A stretch of 64,000 nucleotides of DNA from Candidatus Eiseniibacteriota bacterium (lineage in GTDB: Bacteria > Eisenbacteria > RBG-16-71-46 > CAIMUX01 > VGJL01), in contig CAWBWI010000001.1 in the NCBI GenBank assembly GCA_963792585.1, positions 1,888,001-1,952,000 on the forward strand, in the 5' to 3' direction. This document shows positions 61,831 through 64,000 of this stretch, piece by piece. The position numbers and the translations under genes are program-made. The notes beneath the pieces were generated by a model, which was not told the DNA's origin, made no database searches, and was given only the letters and a program-made list of their open reading frames with translations. Position 1 is the stretch's first letter, and every line of letters starts with the position of its first letter.

Positions 61831-63009
61831 ATGGAACCGATATACCTCGACCACAACGCGACCACGCCGGTTGACCCGGAGGTCCGGGAGGCGATGCTCC
61901 CCTTCCTGGGTCCGGAATTCGGCAACCCATCGAGCGGGCACGTCTATGGCCTTCGTGTGCGGGCTGCGGTCGCCCGGGCTCGGGACCAGGCGGCGGCCAT
62001 GATCGGCGCCGCCCCCGAGGAGATCATCTTCACGTCGGGCGGGACGGAAGCGAGCTACCTCGCGCTGCTTGGCGCCGCCGCGGCACTGCGCGATCGCCGG
62101 CCCGGCCGATCCCTGCGGATCGCCTCCTTCACGCTCGAGCACCCAGCCACCCTCGTGCCGCTGGAAGACCTGCGTCGTCAGGGGGACGAGATCCGTCTCG
62201 CGCGGGCCGATCATCACGGCGTCGTCGACCTCGACGAGATCCTGGGAGCCGTGCAGGGCCAGGAGCCGGCGGACTTGGCAAGCCTCATGGTCGCTCACAA
62301 CGAGACGGGCGCGATCCAGCCGGTCGAGGAGGTCGGACGCGCGGCGCGCGCGGCCGGAACGGTCTATCACGTCGATGCGGCGCAGGCGGCGGGAAAGATT
62401 CTCGTGAACGTGGATGCGATCGGTTGCGACCTGCTCTCGATCGTCGGGCACAAGCTGTATGCCCCGAAGGGGATCGGCCTGCTCTACATCCGGGCGGGCA
62501 CGCCGATTCGCTCGCTCGTGGGGGGGGCCGGGCAGGAGCGGGGCCTGCGGGGCGGAACCGAGAACGTCCCCGGCATCATCGGCTTGGGTACGGCCTGCGC
62601 AATCGCGTTGCGGAGACTCGCCGATGGCGAGCCCATGCGCCTGGCCCGGTTGCGCGATCGACTGTGGGAACGACTTCGCGCGGAAATCCCCGGGATCGCG
62701 CGAACTTCGGAGGGGGTTGCTACCCTCCCGAACACCCTGCACGTCCGCTTTCCGGGGGCGAGCGGGAATGCGGTTCTTTCGGCCACCCCGGAGGTCGCCG
62801 CATCCACGGGATCGGCATGCCATTCCGGCATCGACCGCCCTCCCGCCGCGATCATCGCGCTGGGAGTTCCGGAGGAGGAGGCCGTTGGATCCGTCCGGCT
62901 TAGCCTGGGCCACGGAACCGATCCCGAGACCGTCGAACGCGCCGCGGAATACCTGATCCGGGGGTGGCGGACGGCCAGCGGAGGGAATCGCGAAGCCCCC
63001 CGCCGATAA
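61831..63009 (+). CDS. Cysteine desulfurase, NifS/IscS family
   Basis: YLDHNATT, FTSGGTE, HKLYAPKG, GSAC. Confidence 0.95.
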   Translation: MEPIYLDHNATTPVDPEVREAMLPFLGPEFGNPSSGHVYGLRVRAAVARARDQAAAMIGAAPEEIIFTSGGTEASYLALLGAAAALRDRRPGRSLRIASFTLEHPATLVPLEDLRRQGDEIRLARADHHGVVDLDEILGAVQGQEPADLASLMVAHNETGAIQPVEEVGRAARAAGTVYHVDAAQAAGKILVNVDAIGCDLLSIVGHKLYAPKGIGLLYIRAGTPIRSLVGGAGQERGLRGGTENVPGIIGLGTACAIALRRLADGEPMRLARLRDRLWERLRAEIPGIARTSEGVATLPNTLHVRFPGASGNAVLSATPEVAASTGSACHSGIDRPPAAIIALGVPEEEAVGSVRLSLGHGTDPETVERAAEYLIRGWRTASGGNREAPRR

Positions 63010-63628
63010 GGAACGGAAGGGTCCGCCGGACGCCGACCGGGAGGACGCCGAACTCATCCGCCGGACGCTCTCCGGCGACCGGAACGCATTCGAAGGGCTT
63101 GTGCGTCGCCACCACCGGGACCTCATGCGCACGCTCCGCGGGATCACGCGGAACATCGAGGAGGCCGAGGACTTGACCCAGGAGGCATTCCTGCGGGCCT
63201 ACCGCGCTCTCGATCGGTTCGATCTCGCCCGGCCGTTTCGCCCGTGGCTGTGGACGATCGGGATCAGGCTCGCGCTTCATGCAGTCGCCCGCAAGGAACG
63301 AGGCAACGTGAGCCTCGACGCGGAGGATCCCGACGGAATGGCGCGCACCGACGGTCCATGGATGGCCGACTCGCGGAGCGTCGAGGCGATCGAGGAGAAC
63401 CTGATGCGCAGCGAGATCGAGCGGGCTTTGGACGCGCTCGACCCGGACCATCGGGCGGTGATCCTCCTGCGCGCCGTCGAGGAGCGGAGCTACGAGGAGA
63501 TCAGCGAGATCCTCGGGATCCCGAAGGGAACGGTGATGTCGCGGCTCTTCCGCGCCCGAATGCGGTTGAAGGAACGACTCGCCGGACTGCGCGCCGACGC
63601 GCGCCCGGGCGAGAGGAGCGGGTCATGA
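63002..63628 (+). CDS. ECF sigma-70 factor (start uncertain)
   Basis: DAELIRR, AEDLTQEAF, SYEEISEILGIPKGTVMSRLFRAR. Confidence 0.92.
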   Translation, partial: ADKERKGPPDADREDAELIRRTLSGDRNAFEGLVRRHHRDLMRTLRGITRNIEEAEDLTQEAFLRAYRALDRFDLARPFRPWLWTIGIRLALHAVARKERGNVSLDAEDPDGMARTDGPWMADSRSVEAIEENLMRSEIERALDALDPDHRAVILLRAVEERSYEEISEILGIPKGTVMSRLFRARMRLKERLAGLRADARPGERSGS

Positions 63629-64000
63629 ACGAGTCGTGCGGTCGCTTTCTCGAGTGGATGAGCGGCTTCGTCGACGGCGAACTGCCGGAGGCGGACGTCC
63701 GCGCCCTCGAGGCGCACCTCGCCGGATGCGCGGAGTGCAGGCTCGCGCTCGATCAACTGCGGGCCAACGACGTGGGCCTGCGCGCCGCGCTCGCGCATGA
63801 GTCGACGACCAGGGAAGAGACGGAAGCGCTCCAGCGCGCGCTCACGCGATTGGAGGGCGAGCCGGCCCCCGAGTGGGATCTCGCGAGACGGCGGTCGCGC
63901 CGGAACTGGAGTGTGACGCTTCGCTGGTCGGCGGGCATCGCCGCGGCCGCGGCGGCTGTCCTCCTCGTCATGCGACTCGGGCCGGCGCCGACGGCGCCGA
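63625..64000 (+). CDS. zf-HC2 anti-sigma factor (runs off the window)
   Basis: ATGA overlap with the sigma gene; MSGFVDGEL...HLAGCAECR followed by a TM segment. Confidence 0.88.
   Translation, partial: MNESCGRFLEWMSGFVDGELPEADVRALEAHLAGCAECRLALDQLRANDVGLRAALAHESTTREETEALQRALTRLEGEPAPEWDLARRRSRRNWSVTLRWSAGIAAAAAAVLLVMRLGPAPTAP

Noticed and set aside
1..64000. tRNA or rRNA genes, including a tRNA integration site
   Set aside because: No cloverleaf or rRNA signature recognised by eye; tRNAscan-SE would be needed to exclude them

Overview
GC-rich bacterial window. The many signal-peptide proteins with C-terminal FlgD-Ig or TWGxIK tails suggest a Candidatus Eisenbacteria/Krumholzibacteria-like lineage (inference). 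Positions ~1-58.2 kb are accessory DNA, almost all on the minus strand. (i) 1-28 kb and 54-57.5 kb hold secreted RCC1, LVIVD, BNR and beta-helix proteins, regulators, two glycosyltransferases and IS elements. This region is punctuated by an unannotated ~330-450 bp mosaic non-coding repeat (5 long copies plus 1 partial) with recombinase-site-like ends. (ii) 31-45 kb is a capsid-less phage-like element. It carries a short tyrosine recombinase, large and small terminase, ParB, an adenine methyltransferase, a replication-like gene, a frameshifted DUF2924-serine recombinase module and two copies of a structured RNA leader. (iii) 45.3-53.9 kb is an array of 10 gene cassettes separated by degenerate ~131 bp attC sites, with no integron integrase in the window; several cassettes are defence-like. 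Housekeeping-type genes resume at 58.3 kb (class A PBP, ThiH-like radical SAM, cysteine desulfurase, ECF sigma/anti-sigma). All calls were made by eye, without database searches.
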